Shown here in pieces: positions 36,489-49,473 of a stretch of 64,000 nt of DNA. The translations under genes were made by a program, and so were the position numbers. Under the pieces are notes generated by a model, which made no database searches, was not told the origin of the DNA, and was given only the letters and a program-made list of their open reading frames with translations. The stretch spans positions 1,860,001-1,924,000 of the forward strand of contig NW_027266290.1 in the NCBI RefSeq assembly GCF_022045235.1, written 5' to 3'. Numbering within the stretch: position 1 is the stretch's first letter; each line of letters opens with the position of its first letter. This DNA comes from Haliotis cracherodii (lineage: Eukaryota).

Positions 36489-38650
36489 ATGTCGGTCGTA
36501 AAGATCCCGGACGCTGGCGGAGACAACATCACTCTCCTGGAGGTGGAGGATCATCTGTACCCCAATTCTCCCATTGATTCCCCCGCTGACGTCATCAAAG
36601 GCATCCGCGACCTCCCCATCAGAGAGGATGACGTCTTTGTCTGCGCATATCCTAAATGTGGTGAGCAGTAGAGAAGTAACTTCTATTTTTCCTTTGCTAA
36701 GATTTCTTTAAGGTGCAGAATATTGTACTAGTACTTCAACTATTTTCTTCTCCGATAGGAGCAGCCAAACATTTTTGTGTGTGGATATTTCTGTGTTGAG
36801 AACATCCAGTAAATCCAATGAACATTTCTTTGTATGTGTAAAACCTGGAGGCTTTAGTAACGTTATGATGTGACGTACAATTATTTATAGCCATTTCACT
36901 AAACGTAACAAACAGAAACAAATTTTGGGAAACGACCATTTGATATTCTGAGCGTGGAGGCCTGAGGTTGTATTAATAAACATAAATTGTCCCTGAAAAT
37001 TCTTGAAAAAAATAAGTACGCTTCAAATAATTGAAAAACAAATAAATTGCAAGCCACAAAAAAATCATTGTTGCAAGGCGTTTTTTCTAAAATAAAAATT
37101 CAGGCTCATAGTTTTAAATTAGAAAATATCTGGTTTTTGTAGCTGGAGCTGAAAAAAAATCTTACCTCGACACAACCCCTGCTTCAGATTGCCTGATTAT
37201 TCAGATTATTTGATCACATTGTATTTTTGTATATATGTATGCTATTATGTTGCTCATATACCACCGGTCGGCGGTTTGAGTTAATAAAGAACTTGAACTT
37301 GAGCCTACCCCGCCTCGCTTTGAACTGATCTCTCTCTGTTGTGATATTCCAGGCACTCACTGGGTGTGGGAAATGGCCCGCCTCCTTCTGTCGAGCGACA
37401 CAGAGACTGTTATAGAGAAGGATGAATTGATGTTAGAGTTCATCGGAAATGACGTCTTAGAGAAGTTCCCGTCCCCGCGAATTTTAAACACGCATTGCTT
37501 TGTTGAGCAGCTGCCACGTGGTGTGTTTGAGAAGAAGTGTAAAATAATCTACATTCTTCGAAACCCCAAGGACATGGCAGTGTCGTTGTTCCACCACCAC
37601 AAGAAACTGAAATGCTATGAATATGATGGGAAATTTGAAAATCATGTTTCATTACTGCTGGATGGGAAAGGTTAGAGCTATTTAGAGTGAGTGAGTGGGT
37701 GAATGTTGATTTATGTCGTAAAAAGCTCATTTCCAGATAGGCAAACTACTGACTGAGAGTACTGAGATATTTTATCCTTGAACGCAGGTTGTTAAGATTA
37801 ATCTTAACTAAGATCCTTCGAAGATCTAGACCTCGGTCACCATAACACACTGTCAAGCCATACTATGTAACATTAATACGACTGTTTCCTCGTTTGTTTA
37901 TTTGCTGTTCAACGCCGCACTCAGCAATTTTCCAGCTATATGACGGCGATCTGTAACTAATTGATTCTGGACCAGACAATCCAGTGATTGACATCATGAG
38001 CATCGATCCACACAATTGGATACGATGACATGCATCAACCAAGTCAGCGAGCCTGACCACCCGATCCCGTTAGTCGCCTCTGACGACAAGCATAGTCGCC
38101 TTTTACGGTAAGCATAGGTTGCCGAAGACCTATTCTACCCCGGATCTTCACGGGTCTAGTCACGTTTAATGAAAGCAGCAGGAAGGAATTACGACTGGTG
38201 AAAAACCACAATGCTGGGTTGATATAGTTGTTGAGAACATGCAAATGTATCACCTAAGCGAATTTGAGTAAGCGAATGGGTCCAGTGTGGTTCTCAAAAT
38301 AGAATCGAGATAACATACAACAGATTATAAAAACTAGGTTGCACAAACCTCTTATATAACACTCTCCACAATTCAGTTGACTTCGGGTCGTTTTTCACAT
38401 ACCTGAAGGACTGGGCTGCCATTGGGACAACCCATCCCGACTTGCCGACCTTGACCTTGGTGTATGAAGATCTAAAAGAGGTAACAGTTAACTGCACGTG
38501 GCCACGCGCTCTATTTGTATAGCATAGTGCAAAGTCCTTTGGGGCTTATGTGGTGTATGGGCAATGCATTGCGTCTTTTCACATGAAACATCAAGTGAAA
38601 TTCCCAGCGTTTATGTTTTCGCAACACTGATGAGAGCGAGACAGTACAAA

Positions 38651-38694
<44 letters not shown>

Positions 38695-38976
38695 CGTTTT
38701 ATTGCCTAACAAGTGATGTTGCACGTGTATATCATGTTGGTTGTGTTTTTGCGATGTTTCCATCTTTTCACCAAATTTCTGCAGTACCTCATTCTTTCGA
38801 CACATATCAATCCCAATCAGACATTATCAATTCAAATTTGGTATTGATTCTGTAGGATGTCGGCAACACTCTATCAGATATTTGCGGTTTTACTACTTTT
38901 GCATTTCTTCATTTTGTAGATCAAATTTTAAATTCCAAGAAGTTTCATAAAAATAGAAAATTAATAATAATTAATC

Positions 38977-39016
<40 letters not shown>

Positions 39017-42000
39017 GAGACAGAGAGAGAGACAGAGAGAGAGACATGGCAACGTTTTATTGCCCAACAAGTGATGTTGCACGTGTTTATCATGTTGGTT
39101 GTGTTTTTGCGATGTTTCCATCTTTTCACCAAATTTCTGCAGTACCTCATTCTTTCGACACATACCAATCCCAATCAGACATTATCAATTTATATTTGGT
39201 ATTTGGAGAGAGTTTGGTTTAACGCCGCTTGTAACAATATTTCAGTCACATCACAGTTAAAGTGAACAGGTTGATGTAGGAGGAAGGCAGCAAGGATGCA
39301 GGCTTTAGACGTTTACCAGTACTGTGAAACCCACCAGCACGGGTATAATCAGGGCGAATATGAGATTCGAACTCACGATAATAGGTTACTTGCACGACCA
39401 AAGCACGCGACTCTGCACTGCGGATTTCGGAGCCTCTGATGACTGGGTCACCCGTGGCCCCATGAGCTGGGATGGAAATGAATGTTACGGCAACAATACC
39501 AAGCATGTTAAGTGTGCATTCATCTATGTATTATGGTGGTAATGTCATCCAATATTTCATCTATTTCAGGATCCACTTTCCGGTATAAGAAAGTTAGCAA
39601 AGTTTCTGAATGCTGAGAAATCAGAGGAATTTTACCTTAAAGTTAAAGATTTGACGAGTTTCAACAAAATGAAGGAAGCGAAAGGCAAATTCTTTAAAGC
39701 ATCTGACGGTTCAGCTGTTATGTACAGAAAAGGTGGGTAGATTTGCCAGCACGTCTAATTGGTGTGATGCTAATCATTGACAAAAACCAGTATTGAGTGG
39801 TGCCAAGCTACCACCAGCTTGTTGCCAATGGAAGTGGAGCAGCCCATTGATATATATGTACGTTCTATGTTCTAATACTTACAACAGAGGTAACGCTAAG
39901 ATCCTGTCGGAAACTCGGTACCTTAACCAAAGCAGCTAACGCTAAGATCCTGTCGGGAACTCGGCCCTCTTCGCCAAAGCAGCTAACGCTAAGATCCTGT
40001 CGGGAACTCGGCCCTCTTCGTCAAAGCAATCTTAGCGCTTTGACGACTCGCTTGTGGTCCCACTGTTGATGTGGCCTTAGAGAGATAGAACACTTTAAAC
40101 ACAAAAAGAAACGCAAAATGAATGAAGTCAATAATATGTAAGAATGTTACCCACTGTGATGCAGGAATCATGAATTTCATGTATTTTGGTGGTCCAAACA
40201 TGTAGTCATTCTTACATTGACCTCAACGCAGCTGGGGCAAGATGCAGTTCACAAACGTGCACTTTCGCTACTGCCACTTGCGCGATCTGGATGTGAGTGA
40301 GTGAGTGTGTATGGTTTTACGCCGCTTTTAACAATATTCCAGCAATAGCACGGCAGGGGACACCAGAAATGGGTTTCACACATTGTACCCATGTGGGGAA
40401 TCGAACCCGGGTCTTCGGCGTGACGAGCGAACGCTTTAACCACTAGACCACCCGACCTCCCATCTGGATATGAAACGTGAAGACAAAGTCTATGAAAGTG
40501 CAGGATTTTGTTTACCTGCCTCTTTACATGGGCGATTACACGACAGCAAACACAAACCATGACTGGGTGAATCAGAAAGAAACAACGCCATCGTTTGCTT
40601 GGAAACTGGTGAATCTAGGTCAACGATAGCCAAGCGCCTTTGCGAGACTTTGGAATCGATACCAACAAGGGACAACGCGTGCCTTTACCAGGTCCGGAAG
40701 AACACGTTTGAAATCCATAGCCCAGGACCGCTACATCAGATAGATGTCATATATCAGTCCCAGACTGTGAGGATCTGCCTACGTGAGACAGGTCAGTCTG
40801 TTCGAGGTGTCATTTTGACGGACCAACATTGTCTGCTATGACCTCAGTGGTGTCGAATCCACGTTTGGCGCTAAACTGCATAAAGGAAGTCAAAAGATCC
40901 GGTGGAGGTAGCGTGATGATGTGGGCTGTAATCTCGCACAATGGCAGGACCAGCCTAGTTCACGTTCAGAGCAGCATAACTGTATAATTCCCAGGAAGCT
41001 GAGAATGAAAAATCAAGAGCACACTGGTCCAACGCCCGGGGTAAGAATGTAGCGCTTTGAGCAACCACCGAGCGTGTGGAGGCTAGCGCAATATAAGTAT
41101 AATTACGTATAATTATTTAACATTATCATTATTTAACTGCACAAATATACGAAGATGAAGTTCTACTACACGTCACTCCTAATATGCAGAAAACCAGCAC
41201 GATAATGCCAGACCACACACAGCACAACTAACATCGACATACCTAACAACATTCAAGTCCTGGACATTTACGGAATGAAACTGCCACAGCTGGCACTAAC
41301 AGGCACTTCCCTAGTGTCTGATTCGTACAGTTACGTGTCGACTTCCAAATTGAAACAATAAGTTCGTCCAGAAATATTGACGTAAAGGAAGTCAGTGTGA
41401 AACCAACAAACAACAAAGAAGTGGTATACAAATATCAATTGTATTATTTAATTAACTCGGTTTACGAATCAACACAAATACTGCACATCAATTACAATGA
41501 CAGTACACAATAGAATGACAGTACAAAATTCAATAGCAATACACATACAATGGCAATATGAAATATGACAGCAGTGGTATTATCATTCACCAAGCAGGAA
41601 CAGTGGTCAAACTTCCAAAATAGACCTAGGGTGGATATCCAGGGTGACAACAATGATTTTCACACAGTGCTGGTCTTTACATCATGTGAAATGAGAGAGG
41701 CACCCCCTTGCCCCTTTATATAGTCTCAATGCCTCCTAGACGTTTCTATACAGTGCTGGATTAGTTTAGCGGTTCTAGAACATTCTAGATCGCACTTGAG
41801 TTAAAAAACATCTAAATATAGTAACCTCAACACTGCTTACATTAGACAGTACTACATTCTTGACAACTAATCAATGTCAAAACACAATCTTTTGAACTTC
41901 TACTGAATCTCAACAAAATCAATGCAATACAGTAAACCACGTTTATAACGAACTCGAAGGGACCACTAATTTTAGTTCGTAATAACCGTAGTTCGTTATA

Positions 42001-42744
42001 AGCATATATACGACATTTACACAACAAATGGTCGGGACTGAAAAATAAGTTCGTTTTATCAGTCAGTTCGTTATATGCGTGTTCGTTATAACCGTAGTTT
42101 ACTGTACAATTAACAATGAATTACTCTGCCATATAACAGTACAACCATTGCTTCCATGGGCAGATGTCAGGAAGCTCGTGACTCCTCGGGTGGGCACAAA
42201 CTTTCTGCAGATGGCCTTGACTGGTGTCAACTGCCGTATGTGCATTGTGATCATACGACTGTTTTACGTTGATCCATACAACGAATTCATTAATGTGCTT
42301 TTGTGTTTCTTTTGTGTGGGGGGAGTATATGAACCTTGTTACCATTCGTCATTTTCGTGGTCGCTTATTGTTGGACTGTATTATCACACATTATTGCTAT
42401 ACAGATTAACATTCTGAGTACATAATAGTATAGACCGGTGAAGATCCGGGTTAGAATTGGTCTTCAGCAACCCATGCTTGTAATAAGGGGCGACTAACGG
42501 GATGCAATATGTTGTATCATAGTATTTCTTTATTTTGCAGCGAGAAATCAAGATGCAATCTGATAATTGCCTAAATATGTACAAACATATATTAATTCAA
42601 TGAGATTCTGTTTTTTTCCGTCTTTCAGGTGAAGTTGGCGACTGGAAGAATTATTTCACAGTGGCCAAGAACGAGGTATTTGACAGAGCATACAAGAAGA
42701 ACATGGCTGATTGTGACATAAACTTTAGATACACGCTACAGTAA
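36489..42744 (+). CDS. Cytosolic sulfotransferase (SULT1-like fold), paralogue 1, 290 aa; exons 36489-36660, 37353-37670, 38377-38480, 39570-39732, 42629-42744
   Basis: GT-AG introns with phases 1,1,0,1 join into an open 873-nt CDS. PAPS 5'-PSB YPKCGTHW, PRILNTH (catalytic His), 3'-[35 protein letters not shown]. Confidence 0.95.
38652..39205 (+). repeat. Local duplication in SULT intron 3: (GA)n + ~155 bp, twice
   Basis: 38652-38845 versus 38979-39205; each starts with a GA microsatellite followed by ATGGCAACGTTTTATTGCC. Confidence 0.9.
39891..40037 (+). repeat. ~46-47-bp tandem repeat x3
   Basis: TAACGCTAAGATCCTGTCGG(A/G)AACTCGG..CAAAGCAGC. Confidence 0.9.
40090..40980 (+). mobile_element. 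Tc1 relic related to 25580-26092, interrupted by a family B SINE
   Basis: [20 protein letters not shown].. and [23 protein letters not shown]; the SINE at ~40293-40460 is flanked by ATCTGGAT. Confidence 0.75.
41710..41790 (-). promoter_or_regulatory. Heat-shock element + TATA box, antisense within SULT intron 4
   Basis: TTCtaGAAcaTTCtaGA at ~41773-41789, and TATATAAAGGGG on the minus strand ~55 bp downstream. Confidence 0.4.
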
Positions 42745-44487
42745 GAATCGAATTCTTACATTGGAATGTCACGTCGTTAAGGTATCTTACTACAGATAAC
42801 TGATAATTATAATGTATTACGCGAGGGAAAATGTTAATATTTGATGAATTATGCCTGCAATTCTATTTAACATATTTCGAAAATAAGATTTGAGATGTGT
42901 GCTAAATATGAAGTTCATTGGAATATCTAGTGGTTTGGTGTTGGTGATGGTGTGAGTACAATGGATATCCTTTTATGATTAAACGTCCACGTTAAATCCA
43001 TTTATCTATAAGTATATGTAAGTATAGCTAGTGTCAATATAAGGGGTTGGTGTATAATGTATATGTTAAAATGTATATACCAGATATTCATTAAAGCCGA
43101 ACACCCGGGTTCAATTCCCCAAATGAGTTCATTCAATATGTGAAACCCGTTTCTGGTGTCCCCCGCCGTGTTTTGGCTGGAACATTGTTAAAAACGGCGC
43201 AAAACACAACTGACATAAACAAACCAGCAAAATTTGGTTTTGTTATAATGTTCTATGGCTTTGACTTACCGAAAGCAGTATATCACGAATATTCATAAAC
43301 GGATATCTAATTTACATTCCATTTAGCAAGCGTTTGAAATACGGTTAACTACGAATATAACGAACTCAACGGGACCACTAATTTTAGTTCGTTATAACCG
43401 TAGTTCGTTATAAGCATATACAGAATATGTACAGCAAATGGTCGGGACGAAATAAATAAGTTCGTTATATCCGTCAGTTCGTTATGAGCGTGTTCGTTAT
43501 AAACGTAGTTTGCTGTCCTGTTGCCTAACGCCGTCGTCGAAGGTCGAAGGTGAAGATTAGGTAGTCAGGCCATGTTGCGCGGCCTTTTTTCATCGAACTG
43601 CTCCACATTAAACGGTGCTCATGCCGTCAGCCATTGGTTTGCCAGGCCGTAACTGGATCATATGCAGGCCGTGATGTAGCTGGACTAGTGCTGACTGCGG
43701 CGTTAAACATCATTATCTCTCACTTATGAAACTGACGTAGCTTGTATTTGGGACCGTTTTGCTTTGTGTTGACGTGGTCCCGTTGCTACGTCACAATGAC
43801 TAAGATAGTAGGGGAATCAACTTGAGAGCTGATTACTCGGCTATCACCTTAAAACAGAGAGAAGGCTGCTGAGTCCCTTTAAGTCTTTATTCGTGGCAGA
43901 GTGAAGTATCTGCCACTGGACTCCGTGTATACAGGGACTCAGGCCTACTGTAGAATGCGTTAGTTACGTTAAGTTACGTTGAAGCTATGATCGAAATCTG
44001 CCACATTGGTGGTGTGTTAATTACAATTATTCGTTAGTTACGGCGTGCACTGACCACGTAATATCCTTTATATTCCACCTATCTGATACCAAAATGAAGG
44101 TGCGTCCGGCCATACACAGCATGTTACAGCCTGGGGGATAACCCTAGCGTGACCTCCTGGCTGCGTTGGATAATCCAGAGTAAAATAATCATGACCAACA
44201 TGTTGTTAAATGCCGCGTATTTCCGTCATATTTACCACAGATTCACGGACAGTGAACATTGTTCAAGGTGCTAATCGATGTGTTCACGTCAGTTGTCTTA
44301 AGATTTTACGATATAGTTTGCCTTTTAATGAAGGATTCATGACTGATTAAAATGCCATGTTGACAAGATTCTTGGTCATGCAACTTGTTACATTTTGAGT
44401 GTAAAGAATTGTCCAAACCTTACTTCTCTGTTGTGTGATTGTTATTTCTGTGACAAAATACGCATGCATACACACGCACTCACAACC

Positions 44488-44927
44488 CAATCTCATTAAA
44501 ATCATATCTTAGTTCTCGCTACCGCTAAACAAAGATCTGAGGACATCCCATTAAGGGTCACGTCAGACCGACCTCTCATCCGACCAATCAGAGCGTCGCT
44601 TACCAGATCATGAAAGTGACAGTCGGAATGTGATTTCTAAACACGGAGTATTCCGAACGATAGTTACCAGAATGTTCTTATGTTCAGGTTTCAATTTTTT
44701 AATCGAGAATTTGTCAAAATATATTTCGAAGCATGGTCGCCAATTTGAAATTAGTGCCGTAAAGCACGAGAAAGCTCCTTTCTGATTGGCTAATGTCGAC
44801 TTCTTGACAGTCATTCCATTGGTCAGTCAAAGTTCGCGCAAGGTCGGTCAGACGTGACCTGTAATGGGGTGTCCTCAGATCTTTGTTTAGCGGTAGTGAG
44901 AACTAAGTTCTGATTTTAATGAGATCA
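44488..44927. mobile_element. Mutator-like MITE with ~90-bp TIRs
   Basis: TIR CAATCTCATTAAAATCA.ATCTTAGTTCTCGCTACCGCTAAACAAAGATCTGAGGACA..; 10-bp TSD ACTCACAACC. Confidence 0.88.
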
Positions 44928-47900
44928 ACTCACAACCGCACCTAGACAAACATATGTGACATGATGAACTGAATGGCGGCTCGATATTCCATTGCAAGAT
45001 TTAGAAGGGAATAAAGGGAATAATGATAATACGTACCATGGTAGGACGCGGTTGTCTACTATTCAGATGAAAAAGCTTATACTTAAAAAAATCGTGCTGA
45101 AGATGTAATATGGAACGGATGTTAATAAATACTCAACCCGACGATAACAGAATAAGGGTTGTTGTCATTTCAGTTTTCAACAACAATGTTTCTCTGAGTA
45201 AAATGCAATGAACTTCCTTCACAATCAGTTTTCGTGTTATTGTTGTGGCCATTTCTCAAAGAAATATTCTCTGTTTAAATACAGTCTGGTATATGATTAC
45301 ATGACACAACCTCGGCCAAAGAATGTCAGTGATTATAATTATTTCCAATGCGTTTGGCTTGTGGGTGAGCATCAATTATTTGACCAACCAAAATGACAAA
45401 AATGTGACAAATACATTTAACTGTTATACTTTATACTAATACCAACTTATATAACTTGTATTTTTCACAGAAAAAAAACAATAATGATTTTTATGACATA
45501 CAAACATAACAAGGTTTGTTTCTAAGTTTAAGATCCTTCAAACACAGATGCGAGTCATGATTCTCTTTTTAATGTAATTAAAATCTTATTTTAATGAGAT
45601 TGCGTCTTTTTGTGTCAAACTAGACAAACAACTACAACGAGTCCACAGCCTGTACCATCCACCCAGCTTGTGTTCTTTCATTGATTTATAATGATTTATC
45701 AATATACATACGTTTCTCTATCTCTTTCCTTTCCTTTCTGTCATTTGATTTATTAACTGTAAATAAGCATACATGTAAATCTATGGGAGAAGGCGTTCTG
45801 AGTTGTGATAACTTGTGCCCAATCATTTTCATGAGAATAAAATATTTTTAAACTAAAACTAAAACTAAACTAATTGATTTATATGTTGTTTAAAGCTGCA
45901 CTCGGCAATATCCCAGCTATATGATGGCGGTCTGTATATAAATAATCGAGTCTGAACCAGACAACCCGGTGATTGACACTATGATTTACGTAAATGACAA
46001 ACGATGACATGTATCAACCAAGTCAGCGAGCCTGACCACCCGATCCCGTTAGTCGCTTCTTACGGCAAGCACGGGTTGCTGAATATTTAAGGGAAGTCTT
46101 GCTGTATAAAACTGATACCATTCTTTATGTAAGAAACAAACAAATCTGGTGGAGACTGACTTGGAAGTGAATAATATATAAATAGCAAACATTAACTACG
46201 TGTGTGACAAGTTCGGGGTCGACATTTCAGTGGAGGAGATAGTCCCTTAGGTCTATCAATTTCTGCCTATCTGAAGAAAAAATAATAACATTAACACTGT
46301 ATCGAACAATGAACGAATGGGCATGTCAGTTTTGTTTGCCAGTTATGACAACTATTCGGTATTTAAAATTGAAACCATCAGGAGATGTCTACATACCGTC
46401 TTTAGTTGTGCTGCGAAACATACCTTTCGACCTTCAGTAACAATGGTATGACGTAACAATAGTTGTGACGTTGTTGTTGAACAGTGACATGAAGCGAAGC
46501 TGCTGCTTTTAATAGATCAAACGCGGACGTCAGAGGAGACGACTAGCAACCCTGTCCGTTGCTAGGTCTGTTTGAAATGTCAAGGTCAAAATGTGAACTC
46601 TGTTCTTTCTGGGTCCCGTTCCACGCTCCTACCCAGAATTCCATGCGGCCACCCTAGAAGTGAAATGCTAAGACATCACTGCACCAGAGTGTGGTCCCCG
46701 TTCCACAAAGCGGTCGTAGCGGTAAGAACTCCCATACTTCATTTTCACTATGGTAGCCCTTAGATCGCTTTGTGGATCTGGACCCATGCATAATATACGT
46801 TGCCATTAACTTGGAAAGCTTAACAATGAAACCGCTTTATACCTGATAATCAGGCATGAGGTTTTTGGAGAATCTGTTGTGTGGAACCTGGACAAATAAT
46901 AATTGATGTAACTGGAAAAAACATAGGAATATATAAAATGGAAAATGAAGTGAAGAGGAATGTCTTTATTCACAATTAGTGGACTCCAAACTGAAAACGT
47001 ATATCACCGTCGGGACCAGGTTCTCTCAAACTTTAAGGGTGTACTGAAATAATAGTGACACCAGCCTTACATCAGCGGTTCTTGCTCTGAATGGTGGTTT
47101 TGAGGCATGATTAAGCTGGTTATTAAACCGTACATGCCTGACAATATGAGTTACTGTATCAGTCTTAATGTGTTTTTGTTTGTTTGTTTATTTGTTTGTT
47201 GTTTAACGCCGCACTCAGCAATATTTCATCTATATGACGGCTTCAGTGATTGACATCACGAGCATCGGTCCACGCAGTTGGGATACGATGACATGTTTCA
47301 ACCAAGTCAGCGAGCCTGACCACCCGATCCCGTTAGTCGCCTCTTACGACAAGCATAGTCGCCTTTTACGGCAAGCATGGGTTGCTGAAGAGCTATTCTT
47401 CCCCGGATCTTCACGGGTAGTCTAGATATGTATTTTTTTGCGACCCCGATAATAAAGAAATGTCATTATCCATATCAGTCCCCGGGCCTGATAAGCCATC
47501 CCAAACGGCAAGCCTGATGACCCATATCAGTCCGCGGAGCTATTTATGCAACCTCATGGAAAGTTTATCAAAATAAAAGATGTCGTCATTTATTCGATGA
47601 CGTCGGCCTTTTCAACTGTTAATGGAAGACCTCGGGCTTATGCAAATGATAATGCCCTGAAAAATAGCGTTACCCTTATCTTATTGAATGGAAATACAAG
47701 CTACTCGAGGATGATATTTTACATGAGACCCTAAACCTCTTGTACACCGGTTAGTATTTAGGTCATTTATTATCAGGTCGATGCGACCTAAGTCTTGCTG
47801 CAACACTCCTGGTAAGTACACACTCCAATTACACGACCGAGGCAGGCCGCTGTGCAGGTCGCGTCGTGTGTTGACAGCACACTGTTCAGTGATATTTGAG

Positions 47901-47981
47901 ATTAATTTCAATAGAGGGAAGGGAAAATACAGAAACTGCATACCGGAAGGTTTCTGGGCCTAGATCAAAGGTCAGGATGAA

Positions 47982-48307
47982 GTGAGGTGAGGTGAAATGG
48001 GATTAACGCCGCGTCCAAGATTATTGCACTTATATAGCGACGTGCATGCACGTGTGTGTGTGTGTGTGTGGCTGCTTGGATGCCGATTTATAGTGCTAGC
48101 CCACTGAGATGCCATGCCGCAGTAAACATGAATACCCCACTCAGACACAGTATAATGACTCCGAGCCGACCAGTCCTTATATTAGTCCCTTACTGGGAAC
48201 TACAAGTACCATCTTTTAACGTCTTTTGGTATGACGTGGCCGGGGGTCGAACCCCGGACCTTCCGCTCTCCGGGCGGACGCTCTACCACTAGACCACGGG
48301 GGCAGTC
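47982..48307 (-). mobile_element. SINE family C, second copy
   Basis: Reverse complement of 23655-24000 with internal deletions; TSD AAGGTCAGGATGAA. Confidence 0.85.
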
Positions 48308-49473
48308 AAGGTCAGGATGAAACTTACTGTCAGGACTAAACTAAATGCGCATGATGTTAATCACTGGATTGTCTGGTCAAGATTGCCAGACCACCGCCAT
48401 ATAGTACGGTGTTAAACAAACAAACAAAAGCAACTTCTACTTCAGCTTCGACTGATGCAAAAGAAGAACTTCAGCTGTGGCAGGTGAACACCTGATGGGA
48501 ATCGAACCTGAGTCTTGGGCGTGGTGGGCAGAGTTGCGTCCCTTGGACATACCAGAAACCTATGATTGTGGGTTCGAATCCTGGTTCGACCCGATTATGT
48601 TTCTAGGTTTGTGAGCACCTTACCCGTGATCGTTGGTTTCACTGAAGTGGTAAACGTCTGAGACCTGCATCACTTTTCTCCCGCGTTAAGCTGATATAAC
48701 TGGAATACTGTTAAAAGCGGCGTTAAAACACAACTCACTCACTCACTCACTACGGCGTGGCGCACTAACGATTTTATCACTAAGCAAGTTCAATATCTGG
48801 ATTAAAAGCGATTCCTTGCACAAATACAGTGAAGATAACATTACACTCATTTGACCATCGATAAACTGGACAATTAGTAGGTTTGATAATACCTATTTTG
48901 CTATTTATACTTCTAAGTCGCTTCGCTAAAAGATCAAAGGCGCCGACTGTATCTTATCCAGCGATATAAGATAGCTAACTGGAGATTCGAACATGCGCTC
49001 GTAACTTGATGACGTCGTAAATTGGACGACGTTATTTTTTAGAGGGAAGTGTATATGGTGAGTTGTTCCCCATAGATGTAGCTGGACAGTGTAGATGAAC
49101 GCAATTGCTGAACGATCGCATCCAAAAGTGGGAGAGATATAACACATGGTATTAGGAGATAAGGTACAGATAATGGACGTGAGGATTGCGATAATGTGCG
49201 GGAAATACCAAACTAACCCACCTGTTCGTAAAAATGGACTTGTCCGACATTTCCGAGGTCGGATTCTGTTCAGGGAGTCATTATTATTAAAATTTGGGTA
49301 AATAATTTTAAAGCTTTTATGCAGATATATCATATAAGAAATAAACGACTCGTGGTCGTTGTTTATTTCGTAGGTATGAGGAGGAAGGTAGGATGTACAA
49401 ACAGATCACCTCTGTGGTCTGATTTTCCCAAAAGCATTCTCAGAGGCTGCAGGCGTGCATATTTCAGCTGAAG

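Noticed and set aside
44081-44091. tRNA-Met primer-binding site (TGGTATCAGA on the minus strand)
   Set aside because: Only a 10-nt match, with no adjacent LTR end or gag/pol sequence.
47470-47540. Possible hammerhead (CTGATAAG / CTGATGAC motifs)
   Set aside because: No correctly placed GAAA or stem I/II pairing; only a short CCATATCAGTCC duplication.
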